A DNA stretch of 63,953 nucleotides, filler included, from Octopus bimaculoides (GCF_001194135.2; 6 parts of 6 records of this genome joined end to end with filler, not necessarily neighbours in it); one strand, 5' to 3'. Shown: positions 1-12,858, numbered from the whole stretch's first letter. Notes: generated by a model not told the origin, from the letters alone. Numbers and translations: made by a program.

Positions 1-43
<43 letters not shown>

Positions 44-146
44 TAATGAGAGCCATCTATGCAACACACTTAATGTATTCAAACTTTCGATAGGCCAGTT
101 TGTGCTGTAATTGTCGTTAATTAACATCTCTTATGAGCTTGCTCTG

Positions 147-282
147 TTAAAAATACAATAAATATGTGATATTCTCCCTAGCAGCGGCCAGCGAGAGCAC
201 TAGATGGTTTTCGGCCATTTTGGACCTTTTCAATGGCGTGTACTCGTAGCCAGCGACCTGCTTGGTCGTAAATTCGCCCTCT
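147..282 (-). CDS. Candidate terminal coding exon of an unidentified minus-strand gene (E-EGEFTTKQVAGYEYTPLKRSKMAENHLVLSLAAARENITYLLYF*)
   Basis: Acceptor ttttcctatgtcAG ends at 283. The segment is locally GC-richer and has an open frame to TAA at 147-149. The phase-2 start fits the candidate exon at 1358-1433. No protein family recognised. Confidence 0.25.
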
Positions 283-948
283 CTGACATAGGAAAAAGAG
301 AATGAAATATCCACTGATGTTGCAAATAGCTGTCTGGTTGATTGAAAATCCGGTATATGCAATTGAGACAGTATTAAAACCGCCGTCCCTATGTTATACT
401 TAATGTGTGCGCATTGTTGCACTGTCAATAAACCAATTACTGCAGTATGTGTGCGAATGGTATTGTGTATGTGTGTTTGTGCATGCGCGCGTGCATACAC
501 TCCCATATAAGGAAGCACATAAGTGCGAAGAAAAATAGAAGAGAGAATACTTAACATTCAATCTTCATCCCTTTCTTTCCTTCCTTTTTCTCTTTTGTCC
601 TTCCTTATTCATTTATGCTCCAATTTATGTGATACACACATGCACTCTCCCCTCTACACTTTAAACATTCTACGATATATCATACAATATCCGTTATCAG
701 CATATCAATAACAAAGCTTCAGCCAATGAATGGCCGATATTTCGTTCGACGGTCGCTATTTCGCGTTTGTTTCACTTGAAATAGTTTCTCGATGTTTCCT
801 TTCGAAAATCAGAAAAATAAAGACCTGAGTAAGTTTGTGGAGCTTTCAGTTTCCAATAAGATCTCTCCCCCTCTTCCGCCCTCTCTTTTTCCCTTCCCCT
901 CTGTGTCTGTCTGTCTGTCTCTGTCTCTGTCTCTTTCTCTTTCTCTCT

Positions 949-1000
<52 letters not shown>

Positions 1001-1236
1001 TACACACACGCATTAATGTATTTTTACTTATTGGCACACACACGGGGTAGTGTGTCTATGTGCGTGTGTGTGTGCGCGTATTTTGAATGTATTTTGTATG
1101 TGTATATATGTGTATGTATATGTGCATGCCTGTATGTGTGAATGTATGTATGTATGTATCTATATATCTAGCTATGTGTGTGTATCTATCTGTCTTTCTA
1201 CCTCTCTACTTCACTCCCTCCCTCCTTCTCTCTCTA

Positions 1237-1323
<87 letters not shown>

Positions 1324-1357
1324 CACATTATCGACCACTTGTACATTACGAAAATAC

Positions 1358-1433
1358 TCCGCGTACTTGCCGGCAGGCTGCCACACAGCGCAGTGGAGAT
1401 TAATCTCTCTCAAAGCGCCTTGTGTTAAAATAC
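1358..1433 (-). CDS. Candidate internal exon (G-ILTQGALREINLHCAVWQPAGKYA-E)
   Basis: Strong acceptor ctctactttcAG and a weaker donor GA|GTATTT. Phase 1 in and phase 2 out, which fits the 7008-7148 exon upstream and 147-282 downstream. Confidence 0.3.
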
Positions 1434-1811
1434 CTGAAAGTAGAGGACAAGCGAGATAACTCACCCCAGATCCCATTCAAGAGTGAAGAACTTCGATATT
1501 TCGCCATTTTTGTGGCTTATCAACATCATATATGAATTTATTCTTAACGTATATATTGTCCAGGCATACCAGCACATTGCTTTTACATCATATACGCATA
1601 TTAGTCGTGGACTGGCGGTATAATTCACCTCCAATTCGGTTTAGCTCCATGTTTGAAGCTCTGATAAAGCTATAGGGTGATAGTGAAGCACTCAATTATG
1701 AGTGCATTGCATCTTATGGCAGAAATAGCAGTTAGCTAATGAAGTTCATAATATAATCTTTGTTTCTTTGTCATCCTAATTTGTTATATATATACATACA
1801 TACATACATAG

Positions 1812-1904
<93 letters not shown>

Positions 1905-2022
1905 TGTATGTATGTATGTATGTATATATATGTGTATGTATATATATATTCTTATATATATACATACATATACATATATGTATGTATATATATATATACA
2001 TATGTATGTATGTATATATATG

Positions 2023-2054
<32 letters not shown>

Positions 2055-2879
2055 TACATATATACATATTTACATATATATATATATATGTNNNNNNNNN
2101 NNNNNNNNNNNNNNNNNNNNNNNNNNNNNNNNNNNNNNNNNNNNNNNNNNNNNNNNNNNNNNNNNNNNNNNNNNNNNNNNNNNNNNNNNNNNNNNNNNNN
2201 NNNNNNNNNNNNNNNNNNNNNNNNNNNNNNNNNNNNNNNNNNNNNNNNNNNNNNNNNNNNNNNNNNNNNNNNNNNNNNNNNNNNNNNNNNNNNNNNNNNN
2301 NNNNNNNNNNNNNNNNNNNNNNNNNNNNNNNNNNNNNNNNNNNNNNNNNNNNNNNNNNNNNNNNNNNNNNNNNNNNNNNNNNNNNNNNNNNNNNNNNNNN
2401 NNNNNNNNNNNNNNNNNNNNNNNNNNNNNNNNNNNNNNNNNNNNNNNNNNNNNNNNNNNNNNNNNNNNNNNNNNNNNNNNNNNNNNNNNNNNNNNNNNNN
2501 NNNNNNNNNNNNNNNNNNNNNNNNNNNNNNNNNNNNNNNNNNNNNNNNNNNNNNNNNNNNNNNNNNNNNNNNNNNNNNNNNNNNNNNNNNNNNNNNNNNN
2601 NNNNNNNNNNNNNNNNNNNNNNNNNNNNNNNNNNNNNNNNNNNNNNNNNNNNNNNNNNNNNNNNNNNNNNNNNNNNNNNNNNNNNNNNNNNNNNNNNNNN
2701 NNNNNNNNNNNNNNNNNNNNNNNNNNNNNNNNNNNNNNNNNNNNNNNNNNNNNNNNNNNNNNNNNNNNNNNNNNNNNNNNNNNNNNNNNNNNNNNNNNNN
2801 NNNNNNNNNNNNNNNNNNNNNNNNNNNNNNNNNNNNNNNNNNNNNNNNNNNNNNNNNNNNNNNNNNNNCCACCACCACC

Positions 2880-2915
<36 letters not shown>

Positions 2916-3388
2916 GCTACTACTACACCCGTTACAGCCACCACCACTACAGCTACCAACACTACTATCACCACTACGACACTTACTGCTACCATTGTCA
3001 CAACTACAACATTAACAACGTCAAGAACTCCAGGATCTTTGTACAACAACAACAACAACTACAACAACAACAATGCCAATAACGTTAAGGAAAAATATCA
3101 ACTTACTACAAGAAGAATACCAGGAACCATGATAACGACATACACTACAACAGCAACAACAGCGGCAATAGCAAGAACAATGGTAGCAGCTGCAGCAGCA
3201 ACAACAACAAAAACAACAACATCAGCAGTAGTAGTAGCAGCAGCAGCAGCAGCAACATGCATCGTCTAAGTGCAGAGGTAAAACATTTCGTTGTTGAAGT
3301 GATTTGCAGCTATTTTCAGGAAGACTTTCAAGAAATTTCACCTCTTGGACAGAAGCGAGAGAGAGAGAGAGAGAGAGAGTAGAGAAGA

Positions 3389-3437
<49 letters not shown>

Positions 3438-3926
3438 NNNNNNNNNNNNNNNNNNNTCACTACTATCCCCCCGCCACACACCCTTCTTCATCAATGCAGA
3501 CTCCCGCCCCTCACCCCGCCACCATCAACAGCTATTATCACTTTCATTTTTACTTTTGAACTGATCCGACCTTATAGTGTTGTGTGTATACATTCGTGTT
3601 TGAGTGTGTATGTGTGTGTGCATTGCGCACGTATACACACACACACACACAAACACATATATATATATATATTACTCATACACACTGACAAACATGTATG
3701 TATGTATGTATATATATATATATGTATGCATGTATATATATGTGTGTGCAGTGAGTTCGTGTGTGTGTATGTATGTGTGTAACGGAGTGTTGAATGGTGC
3801 ATAATGTGTGTTGTCTATATGTGTATGTGTATTTGTATATGTGTATGTACGTGTACATGATTCTGTCTTTGTGTATTTGTCTGTTTATATAAGTGTATAA
3901 GTTTTTGTGTATGTGTGAGTGTGTGT

Positions 3927-3957
<31 letters not shown>

Positions 3958-3984
3958 TTAGTGCAAAGTGTGTGTGTAGTGAAA

Positions 3985-4328
3985 AATTCTTTTCTTCTCT
4001 AGGTACAAGGCCCGAAATTTTGGGGGAGGGGAAAGTCGATTAGATCGACCCCAGTACCCAACTGGTGCTTAAAGGATGAAAAGCAACGTCGACCTCGGTG
4101 GAATTTGAACTCAGAACGTAAAGTCAGACGAAATACCGCTAAGCATTTCACTCGGCGTGCTAACGTTTCTTATTTCTTTATTGCCCACAAGGGGCTAGAC
4201 ATAGAGGGGACATACAAGAACACACAAAGGGATTAAATCGATTACATCGACCCCAGTGCGTAACTGGTACTTAATTTATCGACCCCGAAAGGATGAAAGG
4301 CAAAGTCGACCTCGGCAGAATTTGAGCC
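3985..4328 (-). mobile_element. Tandem pair of SINE family A copies, truncated by a gap
   Basis: Two consecutive copies of the gtcgattagatcgaccccagt...gtcgacctcgg..gaatttgaactcagaacg motif, which recurs throughout the window. Confidence 0.8.
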
Positions 4329-4781
4329 NNNNNNNNNNNNNNNNNNNNNNNNNNNNNNNNNNNNNNNNNNNNNNNNNNNNNNNNNNNNNNNNNNNNNNNN
4401 NNNNNNNNNNNNNNNNNNNNNNNNNNNNNNNNNNNNNNNNNNNNNNNNNNNNNNNNNNNNNNNNNNNNNNNNNNNNNNNNNNNNNNNNNNNNNNNNNNNN
4501 NNNNNNNNNNNNNNNNNNNNNNNNNNNNNNNNNNNNNNNNNNNNNNNNNNNNNNNNNNNNNNNNNNNNNNNNNNNNNNNNNNNNNNNNNNNNNNNNNNNN
4601 NNNNNNNNNNNNNNNNNNNNNNNNNNNNNNNNNNNNNNNNNNNNNNNNNNNNNNNNNNNNNNNNNNNNNNNNNNNNNNNNNNNNNNNNNNNNNNNNNNNN
4701 NNNNNNNNNNNNNNNNNNNNNNNNNNNNNNNNNNNNNNNNNNNNNNNNNNNNNNNNNNNNNNNNNNNNNNNNNNNNNNNNN

Positions 4782-4962
4782 CACAAAGGGATTAAATCGA
4801 TTACATCGACCCCAGTGCGTAACTGGTACTTAATTTATCGACCCCGAAAGGATGAAAGGCAAAGTCGACCTCGGCAGAATTTGAGCCCAGAACGTAACGG
4901 CAGGCAAAATACCGCTAAGCATTTCGCCCGGTGCAATAAAATTTCTGCCAGCTCGCCGCCTT
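4782..4962 (-). mobile_element. SINE family A
   Basis: Same family, including the 5' end (ccagctcgccgcctt on the + strand). Confidence 0.8.
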
Positions 4963-5264
4963 CGGATACACATGTTTTTGTCTGTGATTTCTAGCAGGCG
5001 TGGTATGCAGCCATCTGCTTCATCTTCTGTATCACTTCAGGATTCCCCAACCTTCTTCAATTGAGAACGGAATTCCTCTCAAACTATATCTTACCATTTA
5101 GATTTTAAAAACAACAGGACATATTGTACAATGTAGTCTCAGATACACTATGCCCAAAAAAAAAAAAAGATAAAATGGTCATGGTTTGAATACTTTGATC
5201 ACAGGTCTGCTTGAAATGTTAGAAACCAGGACAACAGGTCGATCTGTATTCGAGATTGTTCGGG

Positions 5265-5745
5265 CGTAGGCACGGCTGTGTGGTTAAGAAACTCGCTTTG
5301 CAACCACATGATTTCGGGTTCAGCCCCACTGCGAGGCAAATGTTTTTCTACTATAGGCCCGAGCCGACCACTGCCTTCTTAGTGAATTTGGTAAACGGGA
5401 ACTGTATGGAATCCCATCTTGTGTGTGGATACACACACACACACATACATACATACATACATACATACATACATACATACATGCGCGTATGTGTGTGTGG
5501 TTGTCTGTTTGAGCGTGTGCCTTAGTGTTAGTATTTGTCAAAATTCACCGCTTGACAACCGGTGTTGGCCTGTTTATGTTCCCGTAACTTAGCAGTTGAG
5601 CGAAAGTATCCAATGCAATAAGTACCAGACTTAAAAACAAAACAAAAAATAATTAGTGCTGAGGTCGAGTTGTTCAGCTACAACTACCTAAGGCCGTGCC
5701 CCTGCATAGCTGTAGTCCAAAAACTGAAACAAGTAAAAAATAAAA
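5265..5745 (+). mobile_element. SINE family B (tRNA-like head, internal CA/TACA microsatellite)
   Basis: Head ggctgtgtggttaag...gggttcagccccactg with A/B-box-like motifs. The body matches copies at 11525, 32010, 47810 and 53570. Confidence 0.75.
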
Positions 5746-5881
5746 GATGTGTGTGTGTGTGTGTGTGAGTGTACAAATGAAACAGATACCAAATAGACGA
5801 GTGTTGGGCTGCGTCGAGAAGTGTTGTATTACATAGTAAAACAGAGAAATATGTACAATGAACTTAGCGTGAGAAGAGGGA

Positions 5882-5918
5882 AATCCAACGTTTCGGATAA
5901 GGTCCTTCTTCAGGAAAA
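5882..5918 (-). ncRNA. Minimal type-I hammerhead-ribozyme-like motif
   Basis: CUGAAGA-A-GGA(CCUUA)UCC-GAAAC-GUU. The core is intact, the ACGU palindrome replaces stem III, and stem I is weak (about 3 bp). Confidence 0.45.
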
Positions 5919-6579
5919 AGTTGATAGGAGAAAAATNNNNNNNNNNNNNNNNNNNNNNNNNNNNNNNNNNNNNNNNNNNNNNNNNNNNNNNNNNNNNNNN
6001 NNNNNNNNNNNNNNNNNNNNNNNNNNNNNNNNNNNNNNNNNNNNNNNNNNNNNNNNNNNNNNNNNNNNNNNNNNNNNNNNNNNNNNNNNNNNNNNNNNNN
6101 NNNNNNNNNNNNNNNNNNNNNNNNNNNNNNNNNNNNNNNNNNNNNNNNNNNNNNNNNNNNNNNNNNNNNNNNNNNNNNNNNNNNNNNNNNNNNNNNNNNN
6201 NNNNNNNNNNNNNNNNNNNNNNNNNNNNNNNNNNNNNNNNNNNNNNNNNNNNNNNNNNNNNNNNNNNNNNNNNNNNNNNNNNNNNNNNNNNNNNNNNNNN
6301 NNNNNNNNNNNNNNNNNNNNNNNNNNNNNNNNNNNNNNNNNNNNNNNNNNNNNNNNNNNNNNNNNNNNNNNNNNNNNNNNNNNNNNNNNNNTATATACAT
6401 ACATACATATATATACATATATATATATAAATATATATACACTTACATAATTTTATCTTAATATATACGTATATATACAAATATGCACATATGTATATGT
6501 GTGATATGAACACACACACACACACACACACACGTGTATACAAATGTATGTTTGAATTTATTTATGTTGCTACTTCGAA

Positions 6580-6672
6580 GGGTAGATTAATGGGTAGATT
6601 AATGGGTAGATTAATGGGTAGATTAATGGGTAGATTAATGGGTAGATTAATGGGTAGATTAATGGGTAGATT
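6580..6672. repeat. 12-bp minisatellite (GGGTAGATTAAT), 7 copies plus a partial
   Basis: Perfect tandem copies read directly. Confidence 0.95.
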
Positions 6673-6754
6673 GACGGGCATGATCACAGGCTCGTGCACA
6701 TGCACACCCACACAAATAAAGAGAACGACAAACATCCAGACATTTGGACACAAG

Positions 6755-6823
<69 letters not shown>

Positions 6824-6933
6824 GACAGAGAGAGGGGAGAGAGAGAGGGAGAGAGAGAGAAAGAACGAGAGTGAGAGAACGAGAGAAAGGTAAAGAGAAG
6901 AGAGAAAGAGAGGGAGAGAAAGAAAGAGAGAGA

Positions 6934-6970
<37 letters not shown>

Positions 6971-7007
6971 CGACGATGATGATGATGACGCTAATACTGT
7001 GACTTAC

Positions 7008-7148
7008 CGTAAGGTATATCTGAGTAGTGATTCAACGCCACCGAACTTTGCTCCCTCTGGTACTCACTACTCGTGGCGCCGGGTGAAGTCTGATTCTCTT
7101 TACTGGTGTGTGCCACTGCTGCCGTCACAGATGACTGACTGCCGTAGC
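7008..7148 (-). CDS. Probable internal coding exon, 141 nt, phase 1-1 (GYGSQSSVTAAVAHTSKENQTSPGATSSEYQREQSSVALNHYSDIPY-G)
   Basis: Acceptor tctgttgctAG and consensus donor G|GTAAGT. The length is a multiple of 3 and only one frame is open. It is GC-richer than its flanks and not similar to the local repeats. Confidence 0.55.
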
Positions 7149-7554
7149 CTAGCAACAGACGCAACAACAATAACAGTAACAAATCAATTAAGTGGAAAAT
7201 AGTGGACAGAATTTAAGAATAAAATGTACAAAATATGTCATAAACCAAAAAAGAATCTTGTCTTTGCATCATTTGTCTCTTGTATGTGAGTGTTTTCATA
7301 GCTTAGGCGAGTGGGTGTTCACCTGAGTGGTAGTGCCCCCTTGAAGTCGTTGGGCTTTCGCAAGGGGGCGCTGGGCGTTTAGAAGGATCGTGGATTTTCT
7401 TTAAAATAAAATACTTAAATCAGATACAATCCTTTCTCTTTTAGTCTTTTACTTGTTTCACTGAGGGGGAAAAAGAAGAAAGCAAAATAGCGGGAAGAAT
7501 AAATTCAGTACCAGACGTGCATTCGATTTATCGATGCCCACAAAGACGATCGCC

Positions 7555-8740
7555 ATAGTTGACCGAGGTGCATATGAGCAGGAGACAGGAACATTGGGAT
7601 GCTCAGGGGTTGGAAAATTAATGATGAACGGTGACTTTTAGAATTTGTCTCCAAGGAAAAGTTTATCCTAGAATAACGTAACTATTAACCAAATCGATTT
7701 CATCCTCGCACCTCAAAGTTTCAAATCCAGTATTAATAAGTCCAAGATCTGGACCTTCCCTGGTGCTAATGTCGACAATGGTTACGTTATAGTAATGATG
7801 TCACTCAAGTTCGGGTTGAAAAAGAGTTATAAACAAAGAACTCTATGTGAAAGATTGGAAAATGAAAGTTCTAGAATTTTCAATAGATAGTGAGGCTAAC
7901 ATGAGTGGCAGGTATGTCTTCCTGGTCTAACTGGAAGATATATTAATTCCCTGACTGATAGTATGGAAGGAAGATTTGTAGCACTGGACTTAGCAGGAAG
8001 ATATTAACTCTATGCCTAACAAAAGCTTCGTGAATCAACTTTATAAGTGCTATGGGACAAATACACCGTGAGGTGTCGATGACAGAAGATCGATTTAACA
8101 GATCTTGAAATAACTGTTTCGTATAACACTGTTAGTAAGAAAATCGGCAAGAAAATGACAGAAGTGAATGTGAAGCGGATAACAAACCAGTTTGATAGCA
8201 TTGGAACTAGAATAAGAAACAGCGTGCCTCCTTTTGAAACATTAAAAAGGTTAACAAAAACTAATAACCTCACTGATGAAAACAAAGTAACCCCGCTGTT
8301 GTCCCCGAGGACAAAAATGGCTGTTTCCTCGCAGACGAGACCGCCACAACTAAATGAATAGTGGTTTCAAATTTTGAGCACATGACTAGGAAGTTCGGGA
8401 GCGAGGGGATGAATCTATTACATCCACCCTTGTGCTCAGCTGGTACTTATTTATCGATCCTTAAAGGATAAAAGGTAAAGTCGACCTCGGAGAAATTTGA
8501 ATTCAGAACGTAAAGACGGACGAAATGTTGCTCGGACTGCTAACGATTTTGCCAGCTCGAATATTGCTAAGAACTTTTTAACTATAAACTCGGTTGTGAC
8601 ACCAGCATTCTGACTATGGGAACAACACAGCAAGGAATTTGGGAAAGTTCCATCACTCCAGGAGGAAGTCAAAGTGGTAGTGTGCTGGTTTACAGAAGCA
8701 TCATCACCAGGAGTGAACAACGTTCCGGTAAAGCTCCTGA
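7555..8740 (+). mobile_element. Degenerate RTE (BovB-like) LINE fragment: endonuclease C-terminus to the pre-RT region, interrupted by a SINE
   Basis: Translated blocks NQIDFILAPQSFKSSINKSKIWTFPGANV, KKIGKKMTE..FETLKRLTKT, EYC*ELFNYKLGCDTSIL and PSLQEEVKVV...SPGVNNVPVKLLK match RTE ORF motifs as I recall them. Multiple stops and frameshifts. Confidence 0.8.
8361..8558 (-). mobile_element. SINE family A nested in the RTE fragment
   Basis: Family A motif. GAATA occurs on both flanks (8356-8360 and 8559-8563), and the LINE reading frame resumes after the SINE. Confidence 0.75.
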
Positions 8741-8869
8741 AACAACGACTTACATCTCCCCCATTTGTCCCTACGTACGTTTCACCATTGTGCTTAGCTT
8801 AAACACTACACTGAAAACAGATCGGACAATGATAACCCACGTGGAGCCCTAAGTTTCACAGTAGAAGTC

Positions 8870-9135
8870 GTACACCTATTTGAACACACATACATACATA
8901 CATGCAGACATGCATGAAAACATGCATACATAACTGTACACACGCACGCATACACACACACACACACGCGCACACACATATGCACAGCAGGCTTCCACAC
9001 AATTTCCGTCTACCAAACAGACTCACTCATAAAGCACTGGTCGATCCGGAGCTATAGCAGAAGAAATTTGCTTAAGGTGCCACACTGTGGGACCGAACCC
9101 AAGACCACATGGTTGCGAAGCATGCTTCTTAACCA
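8870..9135 (-). mobile_element. SINE family B, 5' part
   Basis: Reverse complement of the family B head (ttccgtctaccaaa...accacatggttgcgaagcatgcttcttaaccac). Confidence 0.7.
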
Positions 9136-9273
9136 CGCAACGAATGCATATCGCCAGGCAAAGTTAACTTCGACGTGATTTGAACTCGCAACATACAGTA
9201 TACAGACGTGGTTAAGAACCACAAAGCATTTTGTCCGATGCAGTACCGCCCTAACTGTGCCTCAAATAATGTA

Positions 9274-9306
<33 letters not shown>

Positions 9307-9307
9307 A

Positions 9308-9340
<33 letters not shown>

Positions 9341-9984
9341 AAGCAGTTGTAGTAGTAGCAGCAGCTTTAATTGTAGTAGTAGTAGTAGTAGATTTAGTTG
9401 TAGAGGTGGTGGTAGGAGTAGTTGTAACGGCAGTAATTGAGGTAGTAGATTTAGTTGTGGTGGTGATAATAGTTGTGGCAGTGGTAGTAGCAGTAGTAGT
9501 ATTAATAGCAGTAGTTGTGGTGGTGGTGGTAGTAGTAGTAGTAATAGTAGTAGTAGTAATAGTAGTAGTAGTAATAGTAGTACTAGTAGTAGTAGCAGCA
9601 GCAGTAGCAGTAGTAGTAGTAGTAGTAGTAGTAGTTTAAGCTGGACATGCCCCCGGATATTAACCGATTTTAATTAACTTTTCACCAAACACGAAACCAC
9701 ATCAAGAATCTTAAAAATCGAATGCAAAACCGAAATTTCCGTTATTTATTATTTTATGCATCTTTTGGTTTCTACTGTTTTTTCCCCTAAAATTATCAAT
9801 AGTCATCATTCAACGGCGTTTTCCTCATCGTCGTCGTCGTCCTCCTCCTGATGATGATGATGATGATGATCATCATCATCATCATCAACTGCAGCCGCAC
9901 GAAGCAATAGTAGCTTTCTGCTTTTCAAACACATACTCACGCACCTCCACACACACATCGTAGATACACACATGTCTGTATGTG

Positions 9985-10030
<46 letters not shown>

Positions 10031-10343
10031 NNNNNNNNNNNNNNNNNNNNNNNNNNNNNNNNNNNNNNNNNNNNNNNNNNNNNNNNNNNNNNNNNNNNNN
10101 NNNNNNNNNNNNNNNNNNNNNNNNNNNNNNNNNNNNNNNNNNNNNNNNNNNNNNNNNNNNNNNNNNNNNNNNNNNNNNNNNNNNNNNNNNNNNNNNNNNN
10201 NNNNNNNNACACACACAAAGCTAAACTGATAACAGACAATTAGACAACTAGCTAGAAGCATATACAGGCAGCAAACATAAACAATCGGCCGATTGAGGGA
10301 GAGACAGACACGTGTAACACACACACACACAGACACACACACA

Positions 10344-10380
<37 letters not shown>

Positions 10381-11094
10381 ACATACATACATACATATGC
10401 GTGTATGAATGTATGTATATGTGTGTGTATAATAAGTTAGAGAGCGAGAGAGAGATTGACATGCCATTAGTATATCTATTTTCTCTATTAAAACTGTTTA
10501 ATAGAATTAATTTTCTCAATATTATCTACCACCAAACTGTCTATCATACAAACTACTTTGACAGAAAAGAGAGAGAGAGAGAGAGAAAAAAAAAAGGAAA
10601 TCCCATGTAGTCGTCATTATACTTGGAACAAAAATTCGTAATGTTAGTTCTCATTAGTCAATCTCCCATTTAATTTAAAGACAATGTTATGTTAGATTAA
10701 AAGCGATTAAAAATTAACTTATTGTTTCCATGTGTTAAGAGGTCTCATTTTTTCTCCTCATATCTGATAAACTGCTCTTTTATTGCATTCAATTATTATT
10801 ATCATCGTAGTATTGCTTTGAGCTAAAGTCTATGGCTTTCCATGTCGTCTGCATTTGTTCATTTGACTCCATGGCCTCAGGCAGTTAGGACGCAGTGCAT
10901 GCTGGGAGACGTAAGACCGCTACGTAATAATTGTAACAGCTGTAATAGAAAAATCAGTGATGTAAGGTATTTTATTATAATAATTTTTTTTTACTAAGTC
11001 TGCAGGAAAGGGTAGGGTCAATGACCTTTGTAAGTCCTCTGTGAGAGCTGTGACTGATGTCGCTAATATTCCGTTTAGATGGTTGGCAGTCATC

Positions 11095-11319
11095 GCGTAC
11101 ACGAAAGAAACGAGGGAGTGAGAGAATAAAGGGACAATGTTCCGGGGAGGAAGGACTGCATATTGGGGTTAGTGCTGCGGCTTGAAAGTGACACAGAGAG
11201 AGGGTAGAAGAAGAAAGGTGATGAGAGGACCAAAGAAGAATAAACTCGAATGTGCTTGAGTGGAGAGAGTATAAAACTATCCAGCTTCAAGACAAAGGTG
11301 CCATTGTAGTAGCGATAGA

Positions 11320-11371
<52 letters not shown>

Positions 11372-11376
11372 TGAGC

Positions 11377-11409
<33 letters not shown>

Positions 11410-11520
11410 TACAGCATACCCATGGCTGGAGCGTGTCAGTGAGGTATTTTATGTGAACCAGCCGAGTAGCCCTTCTTTGGATTAGGTTCAAGGTGTCTGT
11501 GTGAAACATCTGCATCGTTG
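11095..11520 (-). mobile_element. CR1/Jockey-group LINE, RT C-terminal fragment, split by an AG/GATA microsatellite
   Basis: LNLIQRRATRLV..LTDTLQP, then after the microsatellite LFYRYYNG...QSFLPGTLSLYSL, typical post-RT motifs of CR1-group LINEs. Confidence 0.7.
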
Positions 11521-11524
11521 CAGG

Positions 11525-11895
11525 ATATCTTTTATCTTTTACTTGTTTCACTCATTGGATTACGGCCATGCTGGAGTACCAACTTGAAGAATTTTAGTCG
11601 AATGAATGAACTTCAGTACTTATTTTTAAAAAGCCTAGTGCTTATTATACCGGTGTATTTTGCCAAACCGCTAAGTTACGGGGACGTAAACACACCAACA
11701 CCGGTTGTAAAGCGGTGGCAGCGGACAAGCACAAACGCAAAGACATACATACGCTCATAGATATATTTATATACGACCAACTTCTTTCAGTTTCCGTCTA
11801 CCAAATCCACTCACAATGCTTCCGTCGGCCCGAGGCTATTGTAGAAGTACTCAAGGTGCCACTCAGTTGAACTGAACCTAGAACCATGTGGTTGG
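11525..11895 (-). mobile_element. SINE family B
   Basis: Near-complete reverse-complement copy. Confidence 0.8.
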
Positions 11896-12858
11896 GAAGC
11901 AAGCTTCTTACTAACTTAACTGTGAGCCTCATTAGATGAACATAGGGGTTGAAATATTTTCTGGCCCGAAAGAGAAGAGTCAGTGATTGGGATGCAGTCC
12001 CATGCTAAAAAATATCTTTCGCCATGGGACGATTCAGAATTACGATATTTTGAGAGAACCATTTAAGCAAATGATATGGAAACTATAAATAAAATCTAAT
12101 ATCATTTTTAGAGTGGATACCAAACTAATAACTATCGAAGGTTGATAGGAGAAGGAATTCCAACTACGTTTTGTGGATTGCTACTTCAACAGCTCCTTTA
12201 TAGGATCCAGTGGCTAAGGACATCATCAGGAGGAACTATGTCCGGTTTCGGCCCCTATGCCTCTACTGTTTTTCGACGTGGAGCACCCCGCCGCTTTCGA
12301 AAGTAGCTCTGGTGTTGAGCGCGTTATTTTTCTTTTTTCTTTGGCTTTTTGTTCTTTGGTTTCTTCGATAAAATAAGTAAATAAATAAATAAATCAATAA
12401 ATAAAAAGTTGCAAAATATTAATAACTCTGGGTTAATGCTAATTAATCCATAGTTGGGACACTGACAAGTGCTATTACTGCAGGTCAGAGCAGACCCACG
12501 AACAATAGTGGTTCGGCACTCCTCAGAACCCTAGACATCCAGAGCCAGGGACCCACTACCTGATGCAGTATAAACTCATACACAATATACAGGCCGTAAT
12601 GCAGGTCTTCATGTAACGGTGAGAGCGATGAGTCTGAAGTTAAACTTTAATATGAGACACATAAAATTTTATTTATATATTTCAATGGTTTTTGCCAGAC
12701 AAAAACAAAAAAAAAAAGGACCCTATTGCCAGAATCTTTTTGTAGGGTCAACGAGGTTCATGGGATAGGGATGAAGTTGTCTTCACACTAGAGATCTGAC
12801 TTTGGAGTATGTCACAGGGGTGGACCCCAAATAAGGATACATGGGTTTTAAACAAAAC

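Noticed and set aside
1760-3269. Long X-containing ORFs spanning N-gaps, here and throughout the window
   Set aside because: Artefacts of unresolved sequence.
4221-4890. Identical ~107-bp sequence on both sides of the 4329-4781 gap
   Set aside because: Most likely an unmerged contig overlap in a SINE rather than a true duplication.
8616-8852. ORFs and splice-like signals at 8450-8850
   Set aside because: Another plus-strand frame matches the RTE LINE pre-RT motif, so the region is TE-derived.
9645-9654. GGACATGCCC p53-type half-site
   Set aside because: A single decamer with no adjacent second half-site, expected by chance.
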